Of a DNA stretch of 64,000 nucleotides, positions 53,868-64,000 are shown one piece after another (the stretch's first letter is position 1; each line of letters starts with the position of its first letter). Both the position numbers and the translations under genes were made by a program. The stretch lies in the NCBI GenBank assembly GCA_963674825.1, contig OY771587.1, forward strand, positions 3,168,001-3,232,000. The letters run 5' to 3'. The notes below the pieces were generated by a model that was not told the DNA's origin, made no database searches, and saw only the letters and a program-made list of their open reading frames with translations. This stretch comes from Candidatus Cloacimonadales bacterium. GTDB lineage: Bacteria; Cloacimonadota; Cloacimonadia; Cloacimonadales; JAIOQZ01.

Positions 53868-55868
53868 TTACAACAATCCCCAGCGTTTTCTCAGCAGCAG
53901 TTCCAGTCCGTAGCACAATAGGAAAATCGCCAGTAGCCAGTATTTGCGATAGAGCGCGATCTCGCGGAATGTCTCGAACGCGATGGGCGATTGTTTCACT
54001 GGTGCAAAGGATTCGGAGACGACACTACCAGCGGTCTCACCGGCGAGGAAACGCAAGAGCGGCTCGTTGATTCCACGGTCGGCTGCCTCGGCATTATACG
54101 TGGTTACCTGGAAACGGCCTTCTGTCTTTTGAGCGGTTTTGTTATCCTGGATGTAAAATGTGTATTTTCCGGGTTTCTCCGGGGTAAAGCTACAGCGATA
54201 ACCTTCGTCGTCGGCCTTCAGGTAATCTTTATAAGCCGTGTTCTGTTCGCTGTCGGTAATCTTCACCGATGGATTGAGGTTGGTCTGATGCCGCATGGTT
54301 TCGTCGAGCGCGAAGAGCCTGATGTTGACGGTTTCGCCCATGGAAACGACCTGCTCTTCCGCATAAGCCTGAAACCTGTCTTTCGCCAGTGCGGTAAGCC
54401 AGGAGACTACGTCACCGATAAAGACGCGGTAGGGATTGTCACCGGCCCACATCTGCCATTTCCAGAGGTTGAGGAAGCTGAAATAGAGGACCTTTCCCTG
54501 CCCGAACTGGTGGTAGAGGATCGCCGGACTGCGCTGCTCGTTAGCAACGGTTGCCAGATGGCGTGCATCGGCAGTCGGGTTGACGTACAGGTAATCGATG
54601 GGCGGGATAGAGCTTGCGTCGCGGTTGGCGAAGGTTTCGAACTGGTTCGCCTCATCCGTGAACAGGATGGAGCCTTCGAAACTTTTACGGATGTTTGAGC
54701 TTTTCGCGGGGAGAATCTCTTCCAGGATTGGATAGCCCATTGCCCAGAGTCCGCTTCCACTCTGTACGGATTGCTTGATGTGATCCTCGAACGGCTTGGG
54801 AATTCGCAGGTTACCGTGGTTGATCACGATAACAAGGTGGAAATGAAGGTCTTTGAGCTGGTTGCTGTTCAGCTTGGTCTGCTTACGATAAAAAGCACCT
54901 TTCTGGTAGTGGAGAATATCCAGATTCCAGTTGCGATCGAGCTGAAGTGCGTCCTTTAGGAAACGTGTATCCCAGCCAGGGCTGTCGGTCAGGACTACGA
55001 TGTCTTTCTTCTTCGAAGTGACACTGACGCCGGTGGGTTTGCGGTTGTTGCCTGCGTTCGATTCTATCAGATCGGTTCCGATCGGCTCGATGCTAATCTC
55101 TATCAGGTGCAGGCCTTCTTGCTGAAACCGATACTCGAACATCTCCTCCTGATAGGGGCTATCCTTGAAAGATACCGTCTTCTGCGCGACGGCTTTCTTG
55201 TCGATCATGAGCGTAATCTGCGCTTCTCCGTCGTACTCACGAGCAGCGGCTTCCACCGCGATGGGTGTATCTTCGTCGGTGAAGGCGTTGCGGTTGGCTA
55301 CGACGCTGGTGATTTCCAGATCGAATTCTCTTTCTTCGATTGCGGGAACAATCACGTCCACGGGAATGCCGAGCTTGCGCACGAAATCGAGGTTGTCGTC
55401 TTGCAACCACCCATCACTGACAAGCAGAAGGCGATTCACGTTGTCCAGCTTCTGTTTCTTTGCGAGTTGTTCCAGCGCGGGTTGAAGTCGAGTCGATTGC
55501 AGTGCGAGCGAGTCGTTTCGTTCGATCAGGCCACTTGCGAAACCGTATTCGTCGAGCTCATAGCCGGATTTCTTATAGCCGTTTCTTGCGGCTTCTGCTT
55601 GCTGGGCAAAGTAGTCGGCTTTGGTCTTCCCCGAAAGCTTTTGCTGCATGCTTAAAGAGCGATCTTCGAGCACAACCACTACCGGATCGAGCATCGTTCG
55701 CTGGATATAGCGCAATACGGGATTGAGCAGGTAAATCAGGATGATAACCGCTGCTGCGGAACGCAGGATGATGAGCGTGTAGCGTTTACCGGATTCAATT
55801 TCCGGTATAGTCTTTCGGTAGTACAGGAAGATACCGACGATAAACAGGATAGAGAGAATATAGATCAT
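53868..55868 (-). CDS. Membrane protein with VWA-like, Ig-like and GATase-like domains
   Basis: N-terminal TMs (LR....II..L.NP), MIDAS-like DRSLSM, LVSDG, GQGKVL....LWKW, C-terminal TM ending ELLLRKRWGLL. Confidence 0.75.
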   Translation of the reverse strand: MIYILSILFIVGIFLYYRKTIPEIESGKRYTLIILRSAAAVIILIYLLNPVLRYIQRTMLDPVVVVLEDRSLSMQQKLSGKTKADYFAQQAEAARNGYKKSGYELDEYGFASGLIERNDSLALQSTRLQPALEQLAKKQKLDNVNRLLLVSDGWLQDDNLDFVRKLGIPVDVIVPAIEEREFDLEITSVVANRNAFTDEDTPIAVEAAAREYDGEAQITLMIDKKAVAQKTVSFKDSPYQEEMFEYRFQQEGLHLIEISIEPIGTDLIESNAGNNRKPTGVSVTSKKKDIVVLTDSPGWDTRFLKDALQLDRNWNLDILHYQKGAFYRKQTKLNSNQLKDLHFHLVIVINHGNLRIPKPFEDHIKQSVQSGSGLWAMGYPILEEILPAKSSNIRKSFEGSILFTDEANQFETFANRDASSIPPIDYLYVNPTADARHLATVANEQRSPAILYHQFGQGKVLYFSFLNLWKWQMWAGDNPYRVFIGDVVSWLTALAKDRFQAYAEEQVVSMGETVNIRLFALDETMRHQTNLNPSVKITDSEQNTAYKDYLKADDEGYRCSFTPEKPGKYTFYIQDNKTAQKTEGRFQVTTYNAEAADRGINEPLLRFLAGETAGSVVSESFAPVKQSPIAFETFREIALYRKYWLLAIFLLCYGLELLLRKRWGLL

Positions 55869-55884
55869 GTAGCGCTCTTATTAA

Positions 55885-57156
55885 TCAGTATTTCAGCCTC
55901 AGTTGCAGTGAATAGCCGGTTCCCGTTTCTTCTCCGGTAGGGAATATCTGTTCGTAGGTTTGGATGGCGTAATCGATCTCGACTTTCTCGTTTCGATATC
56001 CGATGCCATAGGTTATAGCGTACGTATCCTGTCCCGTGTCGAATGATGTTCCCAGGCGGAAGGGGAACATGTCTGCAATCAAATATTCGCCGGCGAAGGA
56101 AATCATGGGTTTATTGGATGCAATGACCGATTCTTTCGCGGCTTGTCGCCAGTCCAGCGAGACGGAAAGATCATCCCAGGTATAGCACGCGCCGAGATTG
56201 AAGATCAACGGCAGTTCTGTGGTGAATGTATCACCGTCTTTGGTGGTTTCGGTGTTCTCGATTGTGTCCGAATCGGCTTCGCTGATGTTGACCGAGTCTG
56301 CTTTGATGCTGTAGTATTTTTCTTTGGTGGTCGCGCCCCAGGTGATGAATCCCGGAAGGTTATCGAGTGTGAGGCCGACAGAAAGGTTTTCGTAGAGGTC
56401 TTCCACGGTTACGCCAATCAGGGCTTTTGCGCCAATACCACCGGTTCCATATCGGAAACGAATAGTCTGGTCGAGTTCAAGCGCGGTGCTGTCCGCAGCG
56501 AAATTTCCCTCAAACTCCTTCATCTCGGCAACTGCAGCGCCAAACAACGCGCTTACGGCGAATCCGACGTAGATTTTCGGAAGTTCGATATCGAAATGCC
56601 GGTCCATGAACTCATGTACTGGATATCCACCGTAGGCGATGGTGAGATCGCCATAGCCGATGAGGTTGAGGTCGTTGTTGTCCTTGGAAAAATGGTAGTC
56701 ATCGCCGTAGTCGTTACCGGTCAGAAGCAGATCGAAGTATTCTTTCGATATCTTCGCGTTACCATAAACGTGCGTTCCGACAGAGTAGGCGTTTCGTCCC
56801 TTCGACCACGAGACAATCATCATGTGAAACTCACCGTTGGCATCGAAGTAGTTACCGTCGATTGCGTTCAGGATTTCTTCACGGGTTTCCATGGAAAGGC
56901 TGTCGCCGGAGATTTTATTGTACAGGTCAACGTCGAGCGTGTTATTCCAGAAATTCCCCTGTGTGCTGAGTAGAATCAGGTCGCCGCCTTCGCTTGGGTT
57001 GGTATAGAGACGCGCGGGGTTCCAGTAAACTGCGTTTGCCCCTTCACTTCTCTGAAGGTAACTGCCTGAATATAAAGCGGATGCGGGAGATGTCGTGTTG
57101 GCGTGGATGGCGGTAATGAGTGTCATGCATGCGATGAAGAATAATATCCGTTTCAT
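55885..57156 (-). CDS. Outer-membrane beta-barrel, DUF5723/FadL/PorV-like
   Basis: Signal peptide from ATG 57156 behind GGAG; GANAVYWNPARL; GEY....FPFRLG; YGIGY....EIDYA; C-terminus YSLQLRLKY. Confidence 0.7.
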   Translation of the reverse strand: MKRILFFIACMTLITAIHANTTSPASALYSGSYLQRSEGANAVYWNPARLYTNPSEGGDLILLSTQGNFWNNTLDVDLYNKISGDSLSMETREEILNAIDGNYFDANGEFHMMIVSWSKGRNAYSVGTHVYGNAKISKEYFDLLLTGNDYGDDYHFSKDNNDLNLIGYGDLTIAYGGYPVHEFMDRHFDIELPKIYVGFAVSALFGAAVAEMKEFEGNFAADSTALELDQTIRFRYGTGGIGAKALIGVTVEDLYENLSVGLTLDNLPGFITWGATTKEKYYSIKADSVNISEADSDTIENTETTKDGDTFTTELPLIFNLGACYTWDDLSVSLDWRQAAKESVIASNKPMISFAGEYLIADMFPFRLGTSFDTGQDTYAITYGIGYRNEKVEIDYAIQTYEQIFPTGEETGTGYSLQLRLKY

Positions 57157-57157
57157 A

Positions 57158-58714
57158 TCAGTCTCCAAAGTGTAGTACGATGTTCAAATCGCCGTCCAGC
57201 CTCAGGAAGTCCTCCGGCTTGACATAGATGGTTTCACCCTCAGTGCTGTCGAAGAGGAACTCGATCCCGAGGTAATATTTCTCGTTGGTGAAGAAGCGAA
57301 CGTCCTCTTCACTCAGATTGAATGTGAATGTTTTGGTCGAAGTAGCCGGGGTGTAGGTGTCCTCACCCTCTCGAGGCATTAGCAGGTTCCATTGACTGAA
57401 CACGGAATCTGGTTCATGGAAAAGCGTATCGGGATGTTCGATCGTGCTGAAGTAGAGGTACGCATGGGCCGCTGTGGGCGTAGTGTTTTCGACGATCAGA
57501 TCGATCGTTGCGCTGGTCGCGAATTCGCGGATGCGGTCTCTAACTTCATCCGAGAGCTCCGTGACATAGGTGGTGTCGTTTCGGATAATACCTTCTTCTA
57601 GCTGGAACAGGAACGGAACGCGTCCCTGGAATGTACCATGCGCGTAGTCCTCGGCATAGACGAATCCTCTTTCTTCCTGCGTCAATCCAACCGCAAAGTA
57701 GGCGTCGGTAAACTCGATATGACTTGGGAAGATATTCAGTAGATAAGCGACAGAATCCGAAAGGACTTGTGTGGTTGAAACTGGTTCGCCGTGGATAGTT
57801 GCCGGTTCAAAGGTAAGGTTGTCAAGCTCATCCACATAGATGGTTCTGGTTTCACCCATGTCGTTGTAGGCTGTCATTTTGCCCCGGATTCCAACTTTGA
57901 ACCCAAGATAGTTATCGATATCGAAGATCATCCTTGCATTGGTTATTATGAGGGTAGAATCGAGATTATCAGGATATTCAATATGCATATCTTCTATCTC
58001 GCTTTCGATGTTCATGCGCCTATTGTAAACGGTTCCATACATTCCCTGTAAAAAGAGCGGATCGACAAAAAATACTTTCGTCTGGCACACCTGTTCGACG
58101 ATATCCGAGTCGATCTCCGGTGTGACGGTAAATCGCAGGCTGTCCAGCAGGGTAGGATTACTTGGTGTTCCGATAGTGAAAAACTCGTAGTGATCGAGGT
58201 CACCGTCTAACGATGTCGCAGTGGTGTCTGTGAAGTCGGTTACTACAATCTGAAGCGGTTCGCCTTCGGGTGTGTAGATTTCGTCGAAATCGAGCGTGAG
58301 TGATTCGAGATCCGGATGAGGATTACGAACCTCGACCAGGATCGTCCATTCCTTGACCATGCCGTAGCTGATCGAGACGTCTTCAATAGTCTCAACAACC
58401 AGGCTCAACGGCAGGTAGTCTGTATTTTCAACATTCGATCGGACATTGAACCAGTCGAAGAGCGATGGATGTGCGTTGATGCTCATCAGTGAATCGACCT
58501 GATAGCTGCTGATATTTCCATTCTGAATGTAGAAGATGCTGTCGTTCTCGACAATGAAATCGGTGGAGTCTTCCAGATCGTAGATGTAATAATGCTTGTC
58601 GATCAGTGGAAGCTTGAACGTCGTGTCGAACTCGGGTGCTTGTGGCGGTTTTATACAACCTATTACAATAAGCGTGATTCCGAGCGCGAATACGAACAGA
58701 CGCAATCCTTTCAT
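57158..58714 (-). CDS. Acidic beta-rich lipoprotein of unknown function
   Basis: Lipobox-like IVIGC followed by P.FDT.FKLPL; 1 nt upstream of the barrel gene. Confidence 0.75.
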   Translation of the reverse strand: MKGLRLFVFALGITLIVIGCIKPPQAPEFDTTFKLPLIDKHYYIYDLEDSTDFIVENDSIFYIQNGNISSYQVDSLMSINAHPSLFDWFNVRSNVENTDYLPLSLVVETIEDVSISYGMVKEWTILVEVRNPHPDLESLTLDFDEIYTPEGEPLQIVVTDFTDTTATSLDGDLDHYEFFTIGTPSNPTLLDSLRFTVTPEIDSDIVEQVCQTKVFFVDPLFLQGMYGTVYNRRMNIESEIEDMHIEYPDNLDSTLIITNARMIFDIDNYLGFKVGIRGKMTAYNDMGETRTIYVDELDNLTFEPATIHGEPVSTTQVLSDSVAYLLNIFPSHIEFTDAYFAVGLTQEERGFVYAEDYAHGTFQGRVPFLFQLEEGIIRNDTTYVTELSDEVRDRIREFATSATIDLIVENTTPTAAHAYLYFSTIEHPDTLFHEPDSVFSQWNLLMPREGEDTYTPATSTKTFTFNLSEEDVRFFTNEKYYLGIEFLFDSTEGETIYVKPEDFLRLDGDLNIVLHFGD

Positions 58715-58735
58715 AACCTTGATCCTCTGCTTGGT

Positions 58736-59716
58736 TTACCAGTGAGTTTCGGGAATGATTTTTCGAATCTCAATCATGCCTTTTGGAAGCGATTTGTCAA
58801 TAACAATCGGAATTCTTGTCAGATTCCATTTTTGCTTCAACAACTTCAAGCCTCGTCGTTCGAATCCCAGGAACAGGGAGACGTCTCGATCCGAGATGCA
58901 CAATGTGCCATTGAGTTTATCCGGAAGCGATCCGATGCGTACTTCTGAAAGCACCAACTCGCCGAATGCCGGGTGCCAAGGTCCTGCGATGATGGCATCT
59001 TTATCGAGATCTCCATGCAGACCGACCTTGATGACTTGAATGCCGTTCTGCTCTAATCGCAGCCACGCACCGGCGCAGCGCTTTATTGCTTCGTCGATTG
59101 AAAGCGGCGTGAATTCGCTTCTACGATAAAGAATGGCAAGAGGGGTGCCTTCGAGAACAATGCAAGGATAGATGCGTGTGAAATCAGGCTTGATCTCAAT
59201 GGTGGTATCGATCGATTTTTTCCATGTGGAAGTGCTATCGCCGGGTAATCCTGGAAGGAGTTGGATGCATAATCTGAAATCATGTTCCTTAATGCGCTTG
59301 CAGGTATCGATTGCCGTTGCTGCGTTATAACCGCGCCGTGAAGCCAGTAGGACAGTATCTTCAAAACTCTGGACACCGAGCTCAATGGTGGTGACACCAC
59401 GTTCTTTGAACATGCTGAGTTGCTTTTCGGTGAGGCAGTCGGGTCGTGTTGAAAATCGTATCCCGTTGAGTTCTGGAGAAAATGATTCTCCGAATTGGAG
59501 CCACGCTTCGATCTCGTCATCAGGGAGTGCGCTGAAGGTACCGCCGTAAAAGGCGATTTCGAGTTCCTCGCCAGTATTCTTGGCAATGAAGCGTTTTACA
59601 TCTGCACGCAATTGCACCATATCATGTGTTTCAATGGACGAAAAGGTATTCTGATTGCAGTAGATGCATTGAAAGGGGCAGCCTCGATGTGGGATGAAGA
59701 TAGGGAAGAGCTTCAT
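58736..59716 (-). CDS. Radical SAM protein (Elp3/YhcC-like)
   Basis: PIFIPHRGCPFQCIYCNQ, IAFYGGTF, STRPD, IELGVQS; ATGA overlap with rnc. Confidence 0.88.
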   Translation of the reverse strand: MKLFPIFIPHRGCPFQCIYCNQNTFSSIETHDMVQLRADVKRFIAKNTGEELEIAFYGGTFSALPDDEIEAWLQFGESFSPELNGIRFSTRPDCLTEKQLSMFKERGVTTIELGVQSFEDTVLLASRRGYNAATAIDTCKRIKEHDFRLCIQLLPGLPGDSTSTWKKSIDTTIEIKPDFTRIYPCIVLEGTPLAILYRRSEFTPLSIDEAIKRCAGAWLRLEQNGIQVIKVGLHGDLDKDAIIAGPWHPAFGELVLSEVRIGSLPDKLNGTLCISDRDVSLFLGFERRGLKLLKQKWNLTRIPIVIDKSLPKGMIEIRKIIPETHW

Positions 59717-60486
59717 AGCCCGAGTTTGCCGCATGCGATACGGGCGGCGTCTTGCTCGGCTTGCTTCTTCGATTTTCCGGTACCTGTTCCCAGAACCTGG
59801 TTTTGAATCGAGACTGTAACGGTGAAGGTCTTCTGGTGATCGGGACCTTCTTCGTGGATGACGTTGTAATCCGGTGGTTTCTGGTATTTCGCCTGAGAAT
59901 ATTCCTGAAGGATGCTCTTGAAGTTCATCAGCGCTTCGCTCTGGATCTCCTCTTCGAAATTCTTCAGGATGTGCCTGTGAATGAAGCTCCGAATGCGAGG
60001 CATGCCGGAATCAAGGTAAATCGCACAGATAAGCGCTTCCATCGCATCGGAAAGGATCGATTTCCGCTTACGTCCTCCAGAGCGGTCTTCCTCAGCGCTT
60101 ACAAGCAAGAATCTGCCCAGCTCAATGCGTTCAGCGACCAGTGCCAGATACTTTTCGGAAACCAGCTTCGATTTCATCTTGGACATCATACCTTCCGGCT
60201 GATCGGGGTAGCGGATGAAGAGCTCTTCCGCAACGATCAGACCCAGGATTGAGTCTCCCAGGAATTCCATGCGCTCGAACGCGGAAACCGTCTGATGTTC
60301 GCCGGTGACGCGATTGAGGTAGGATGCATGCATAAACGCTGCCTGAAGCAGCTCGATGTTTTTGAAACGATATCCGATAATCTGTTCGAATTCGGGAACC
60401 ATTTTCTTCCATTCCGGATTGTTGATAATTTTATCGTCCAGCCGGTGTGAGAAGAAATCGAGGATGGATGTCAGTAGCTTTTTCAC
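59713..60486 (-). CDS. rnc: Ribonuclease III
   Basis: ERMEFLGDSILG, DAMEALI.AIYLDSG, dsRBD (GPDHQKTF...GKSKKQAEQDAA). Confidence 0.95.
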   Translation of the reverse strand: MKKLLTSILDFFSHRLDDKIINNPEWKKMVPEFEQIIGYRFKNIELLQAAFMHASYLNRVTGEHQTVSAFERMEFLGDSILGLIVAEELFIRYPDQPEGMMSKMKSKLVSEKYLALVAERIELGRFLLVSAEEDRSGGRKRKSILSDAMEALICAIYLDSGMPRIRSFIHRHILKNFEEEIQSEALMNFKSILQEYSQAKYQKPPDYNVIHEEGPDHQKTFTVTVSIQNQVLGTGTGKSKKQAEQDAARIACGKLGL

Positions 60487-60556
60487 AATTACTCTAATCG
60501 GTCATCGATTGACCAATCAGATGACTGATCAATCGAATCCCATAATAGTTTATTGG

Positions 60557-61798
60557 TTACTTGTTGAATTTCCTGAAAACGACCACACCGTTATGGCCAC
60601 CGAATCCGAGCGAGTTGCTGACGGCGATATTGACGTCGTGCTTGATCGCTCCGCCTGTCACGTAGTCCAGATCGCAATCGGGATCGGGGTTGAAGTGGTT
60701 GATCGTCGGGTGAATGATACCGTCATTGATTGTCTTACAGCAAACGATACCTTCGATCGCCGCGGCAGCACCGAGGGTGTGACCGACCATCGATTTGGTC
60801 GAGCTGATCTTGAGCTGGTAGGCATGTTCACCGAACACGGTCTTGTAGCTGGCGGTTTCATTTTTATCGTTGAGCGGTGTCGATGTGCCATGAGCGTTCA
60901 TGTAATCGACTTCATGCGGCTGGATGTTTGCATCCTTGAGCGCGGCTTTGATAGCTCGTGCACCACCTTCGCCCTGCTCCGCCGGAGCGGTGATGTGGTA
61001 TGCGTCGCATGTCGCGCCGTAGCCGACGATCTCAGCATAGATTTTCGCACCGCGAGCCAGCGCGTGTTCCAGTTCTTCGAGAACCAGAATACCAGCGCCT
61101 TCCGCCATGATGAATCCATCGCGTTCTTTGTCGAACGGACGGCAAGCGGTTGTCGGGTCGTCGTTGCGTGTGCTCAGCGCTTTCATGGAGCAGAAGCCGG
61201 CGACTGCGAGTCGTGTGACCGCAGCTTCGGTTCCACCGCTGAGGATGATGTCTGCATCACCGTACTGGATTGCACGGAATGCCGTACCAAGTGCGTGATT
61301 CGCGGAAGCACAGGCGGAAGTCGTGGTAAAGTTGATTCCGCGCAGATTGTGCTCGATGGCGATGTGCGCACCGGCAATATTGGAGATCATCTTGGGGATA
61401 AAGAACGGGCTGATTCGTTTGGGGCCTTTTTCGAAAAGCTTGAAGGCTTCTTCTTCAAAGGTTGCCATTCCGCCGATTCCAGCACCAATGATAACGCCGA
61501 TCCGTTCACGATCCATCTCGTGATCGGTCAGGCCAGCATCGATCATCGCCTGACGGGCCGTGATGATTCCATATTGAGTATATAAATCGAGTTTTTTTAC
61601 TTCTTTACGATCGAAGTGATCTTCAGCATTGTAATCTCTTACTTCGCCTGCGATCTGGCTTGCCAGTTCACTGGCGTCGAAGCTCTGGATGGTACGTACG
61701 CCACTTACACCGGCTTGCAGGCTTTTCCAGGTCTCGTCAGCATTCGAACCAACAGCATTGATCGTACCGAAACCGGTAACAACCACTCTCCTTCTCAT
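60557..61798 (-). CDS. fabF: 3-oxoacyl-ACP synthase II
   Basis: MRRRVVVTG, SACAS, AHGTSTP, KSMVGHTLGAA, GFGGHN; ATG 61798 behind GAGG. Confidence 0.96.
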   Translation of the reverse strand: MRRRVVVTGFGTINAVGSNADETWKSLQAGVSGVRTIQSFDASELASQIAGEVRDYNAEDHFDRKEVKKLDLYTQYGIITARQAMIDAGLTDHEMDRERIGVIIGAGIGGMATFEEEAFKLFEKGPKRISPFFIPKMISNIAGAHIAIEHNLRGINFTTTSACASANHALGTAFRAIQYGDADIILSGGTEAAVTRLAVAGFCSMKALSTRNDDPTTACRPFDKERDGFIMAEGAGILVLEELEHALARGAKIYAEIVGYGATCDAYHITAPAEQGEGGARAIKAALKDANIQPHEVDYMNAHGTSTPLNDKNETASYKTVFGEHAYQLKISSTKSMVGHTLGAAAAIEGIVCCKTINDGIIHPTINHFNPDPDCDLDYVTGGAIKHDVNIAVSNSLGFGGHNGVVVFRKFNK

Positions 61799-61859
61799 AG
61801 GTAACCTCTCATTTCTGATTTGAATTGTAGCAGGCAATAATGGATGCGTCTCATGTGAG

Positions 61860-61895
61860 AAATGAAAGAATCGCCCGGTTTACACCGGGCAATTC
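61860..61895 (-). terminator. Intrinsic terminator/attenuator after acpP
   Basis: Minus strand GAATTGCCCGGT-GTAA-ACCGGGCGATTC followed by TTTCATTT. Confidence 0.7.
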
Positions 61896-61906
61896 CTTTT
61901 CCAACC

Positions 61907-62140
61907 TTACTTGACTTTCTCTTTGAGGTAGGTGATTGCTTTGCCTACGGTGTCGAGCTTCTCAGCGTCTTCGTCCGGAATATCAAGGTCGAATTCTTCT
62001 TCGAATTTCATGATGAGTTCGACTGTGTCCAGAGAATCTGCACCAAGATCCTCGATGAAATGCGCGTTATCGGTAACTTCGCTGGCGTTGACGTCCAGTT
62101 CTTCTACGATAATTTCTTTTACGCGTGCTGCAATATCCAT
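61907..62140 (-). CDS. acpP: Acyl carrier protein
   Basis: [27 protein letters not shown]. Confidence 0.97.
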   Translation of the reverse strand: MDIAARVKEIIVEELDVNASEVTDNAHFIEDLGADSLDTVELIMKFEEEFDLDIPDEDAEKLDTVGKAITYLKEKVK

Positions 62141-62160
62141 TGTATTACCTCCTGTTGGAT

Positions 62161-62901
62161 TTACATGATAAGACCACCGTCAACCTGGATGGTTTGACCG
62201 GTGATATATGACGCTTCTTCCGAAGCAAGGAAAACACACAAATTCGCTACATCGACCGGCTGTCCCATTCTGCTCATGGGGATTACTTCCGCGTATTGCT
62301 TGATAACATCTTCGGGAAGTTTGGTCATGTCGGTTTCGATGAAGCCGGGGGCGATGGCGTTGGCACGGATACCGCGCTTGGCCACTTCTTTCGCCGTCGA
62401 TTTGGTCAGGGCTATAACGCCACCCTTGGACGCGGCGTAGTTTGCCTGGCCGATATTGCCCATAAGGCCGATAACGGATGCCATATTGATAATCGAGCCG
62501 GCTTTCTGCTTGAGCATGTAGCGAACGGCTTTTTTCGTACAGATGAAAGTGCCTTTCAGGTTCACGTTCATGACGAAATCCCAGTCAGAATCCTTCATCT
62601 TCATGATCAACTGGTCGCGGGTTACTCCTGCGTTGTTCACCAGTACATCAATGTGGCCGAATTCGTCGTGGACTTCTTTCATGGCGTTTTCTACGGCTTC
62701 TTCGTCCGTAACGTTCACGACGTGTCCTTCGGCGTCAAAGCCAAGATCGGCAAGCTCTTGAACCGCTGTTTCAAGCTGGTCTGCCATGAGATCGAAGAGC
62801 ACGGGAATCGCGCCCTCTTCTGCATAACGTTTCGCGATGGCGAATCCGATACCACGAGCGCCACCGGTAATGATTGCTATTTTTCCTTCGAGTCTTTTCA
62901 T
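62161..62901 (-). CDS. fabG: 3-oxoacyl-ACP reductase
   Basis: [28 protein letters not shown] 62901 in ATGA overlap with fabD. Confidence 0.95.
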   Translation of the reverse strand: MKRLEGKIAIITGGARGIGFAIAKRYAEEGAIPVLFDLMADQLETAVQELADLGFDAEGHVVNVTDEEAVENAMKEVHDEFGHIDVLVNNAGVTRDQLIMKMKDSDWDFVMNVNLKGTFICTKKAVRYMLKQKAGSIINMASVIGLMGNIGQANYAASKGGVIALTKSTAKEVAKRGIRANAIAPGFIETDMTKLPEDVIKQYAEVIPMSRMGQPVDVANLCVFLASEEASYITGQTIQVDGGLIM

Positions 62902-63845
62902 AATTCTTCCAGTTTCGCGCATACAACTCCGACGTCTTCCAGCTTATCGATGCTGAAGATCGTAGCGTTGCGGTTGATTTTCTTCATCATCCCAGCTAAA
63001 ACTCGCTGAGGACCAAACTCTATGAAGATCGGGTTAAACTTGTCAATTATAAATTCCATCGACTGTACCCATTGCACGGTTGAGGTGACTTGAAGAGCCA
63101 GGTTCTTCTTGATCGAATCCAGCGCTGTAACCGGCTTTGCATCCACGTTGGAGACGATTGGGATGTCTGATGAATTAAATGGTGTGTGTTCAATTTCTTC
63201 CGCGAGCCATTCGCCGGCTTTGGCGATCAGCGGGGAATGGAAAGGTCCGCCTACGTTGAGCGGAATAACCCGTTTTGCACCCTTCTCACTCGCGATCTCA
63301 CCTGCCTTGTCAACGCCTGCCTTGGAGCCGGATATAACCGTCTGCACAGGGGTGTTGAAATTGGCTGCGATCACGATACCTTCCGATTCGGCTTCCTTGC
63401 AGATTTCGCGAACCTGCTCGGGGGAGAGGCCCACGATAGCGGTCATGCCGAAGGGCTGACCGTCGTTAGCGCGAATCATGAAGTCGCCGCGTTTGTGCAC
63501 GAGATTCATCGCGTCGGAGAGTTCCAGAACGCCGTTTGCGACCAACGCCGTGAATTCACCGAGCGAGTGCCCGGCTACCACGTCCGGCTGGATATCCAGC
63601 TTCTCTTGCAGGCTGCGCATGGCTGCGACGCTGTGGAAGAGGATGGCTGGCTGGGTGTAGGTGGTCTGGGTAAGGGTCTCTTCAGGGCCTTCTTTCATGA
63701 CCTGATAGAGCGAGGTTCCGTTCTTTTCATCGAATGCCTTGAGGATCGCTTCGTACTCGTCGTTGATGTAGTCCATCGCCATGCCGACGTACTGAGCGCC
63801 CTGTCCGGGGAAGAGAAATGCTATATTGTGTTGTTTGTATGCCAT
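62898..63845 (-). CDS. fabD: Malonyl-CoA:ACP transacylase
   Basis: [30 protein letters not shown]. Confidence 0.95.
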   Translation of the reverse strand: MAYKQHNIAFLFPGQGAQYVGMAMDYINDEYEAILKAFDEKNGTSLYQVMKEGPEETLTQTTYTQPAILFHSVAAMRSLQEKLDIQPDVVAGHSLGEFTALVANGVLELSDAMNLVHKRGDFMIRANDGQPFGMTAIVGLSPEQVREICKEAESEGIVIAANFNTPVQTVISGSKAGVDKAGEIASEKGAKRVIPLNVGGPFHSPLIAKAGEWLAEEIEHTPFNSSDIPIVSNVDAKPVTALDSIKKNLALQVTSTVQWVQSMEFIIDKFNPIFIEFGPQRVLAGMMKKINRNATIFSIDKLEDVGVVCAKLEEL

Positions 63846-63857
63846 ATTTCAACTCCA

Positions 63858-64000
63858 TCAATACCGGAAGATCATGCTTCCAGAGGTTAAACCGGCACCG
63901 AAAGCAACGGTCATCACCATGTCGCCTCGACGAATCTGATTCAACTCGATTGCCTCGCTGAGCGCGACCGGGATTGTCGAAGCAGATGTGTTGCCGTATT
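63858..64000 (-). CDS. fabH: 3-oxoacyl-ACP synthase III, 3' end only
   Basis: Manual translation YGNTSASTIPVALSEA...AFGAGLTSGSMIFRY-stop. Confidence 0.9.
   Translation of the reverse strand, partial: YGNTSASTIPVALSEAIELNQIRRGDMVMTVAFGAGLTSGSMIFRY

Noticed and set aside
60356..61585. 409-aa plus-strand ORF (likewise 46418-47464, 56143-56973 and the + ORFs at 32-1678)
   Set aside because: Codon-register antisense shadows of well-supported minus-strand genes.
1..64000. tRNA/rRNA genes, transposases, prophage genes, selenocysteine or stop-codon reassignment
   Set aside because: None recognised by eye; genes end normally at TAA, TAG or TGA, and the only internal stop found is the prfB frameshift site.

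Overview
Bacterial chromosomal segment, most likely from Candidatus Cloacimonadota or a related FCB-group anaerobe (inferred from gene content, not proven). The housekeeping blocks are alaS-methyltransferase-GT9, trmB-dGTPase-like-prfB (programmed +1 frameshift)-uppS-cdsA, ptsH-trpS-GT2-flippase-like, and fabH-fabD-fabG-acpP-fabF-rnc-radical SAM. About 26 kb encodes large secreted proteins, eight ending in a FlgD-Ig/T9SS type-A-like C-terminal domain (CTD; PNPFNP...K[MAIT]LL[LM]K). The most notable element is a family of six ~950-970 aa acidic paralogs (P1-P6), each with about 16 beta-propeller-like repeats, in two divergent triplets. Their passenger regions are very divergent but their CTD-coding DNA is patchwise near-identical. 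Palindromic hairpin repeats abut three of their stop codons, and a 32-bp scrap of CTD-coding DNA sits in one 5' leader. The lead gene of each triplet, a secreted papain-like protease and a small Cys-rich gene all carry the same GGAAYR-N4-TTGCA sigma54-type motif. A sigma70-like promoter inside one triplet has its -35 box between perfect 15-bp inverted repeats. I saw no tRNA, rRNA, CRISPR array, transposase, recombinase or reverse transcriptase.
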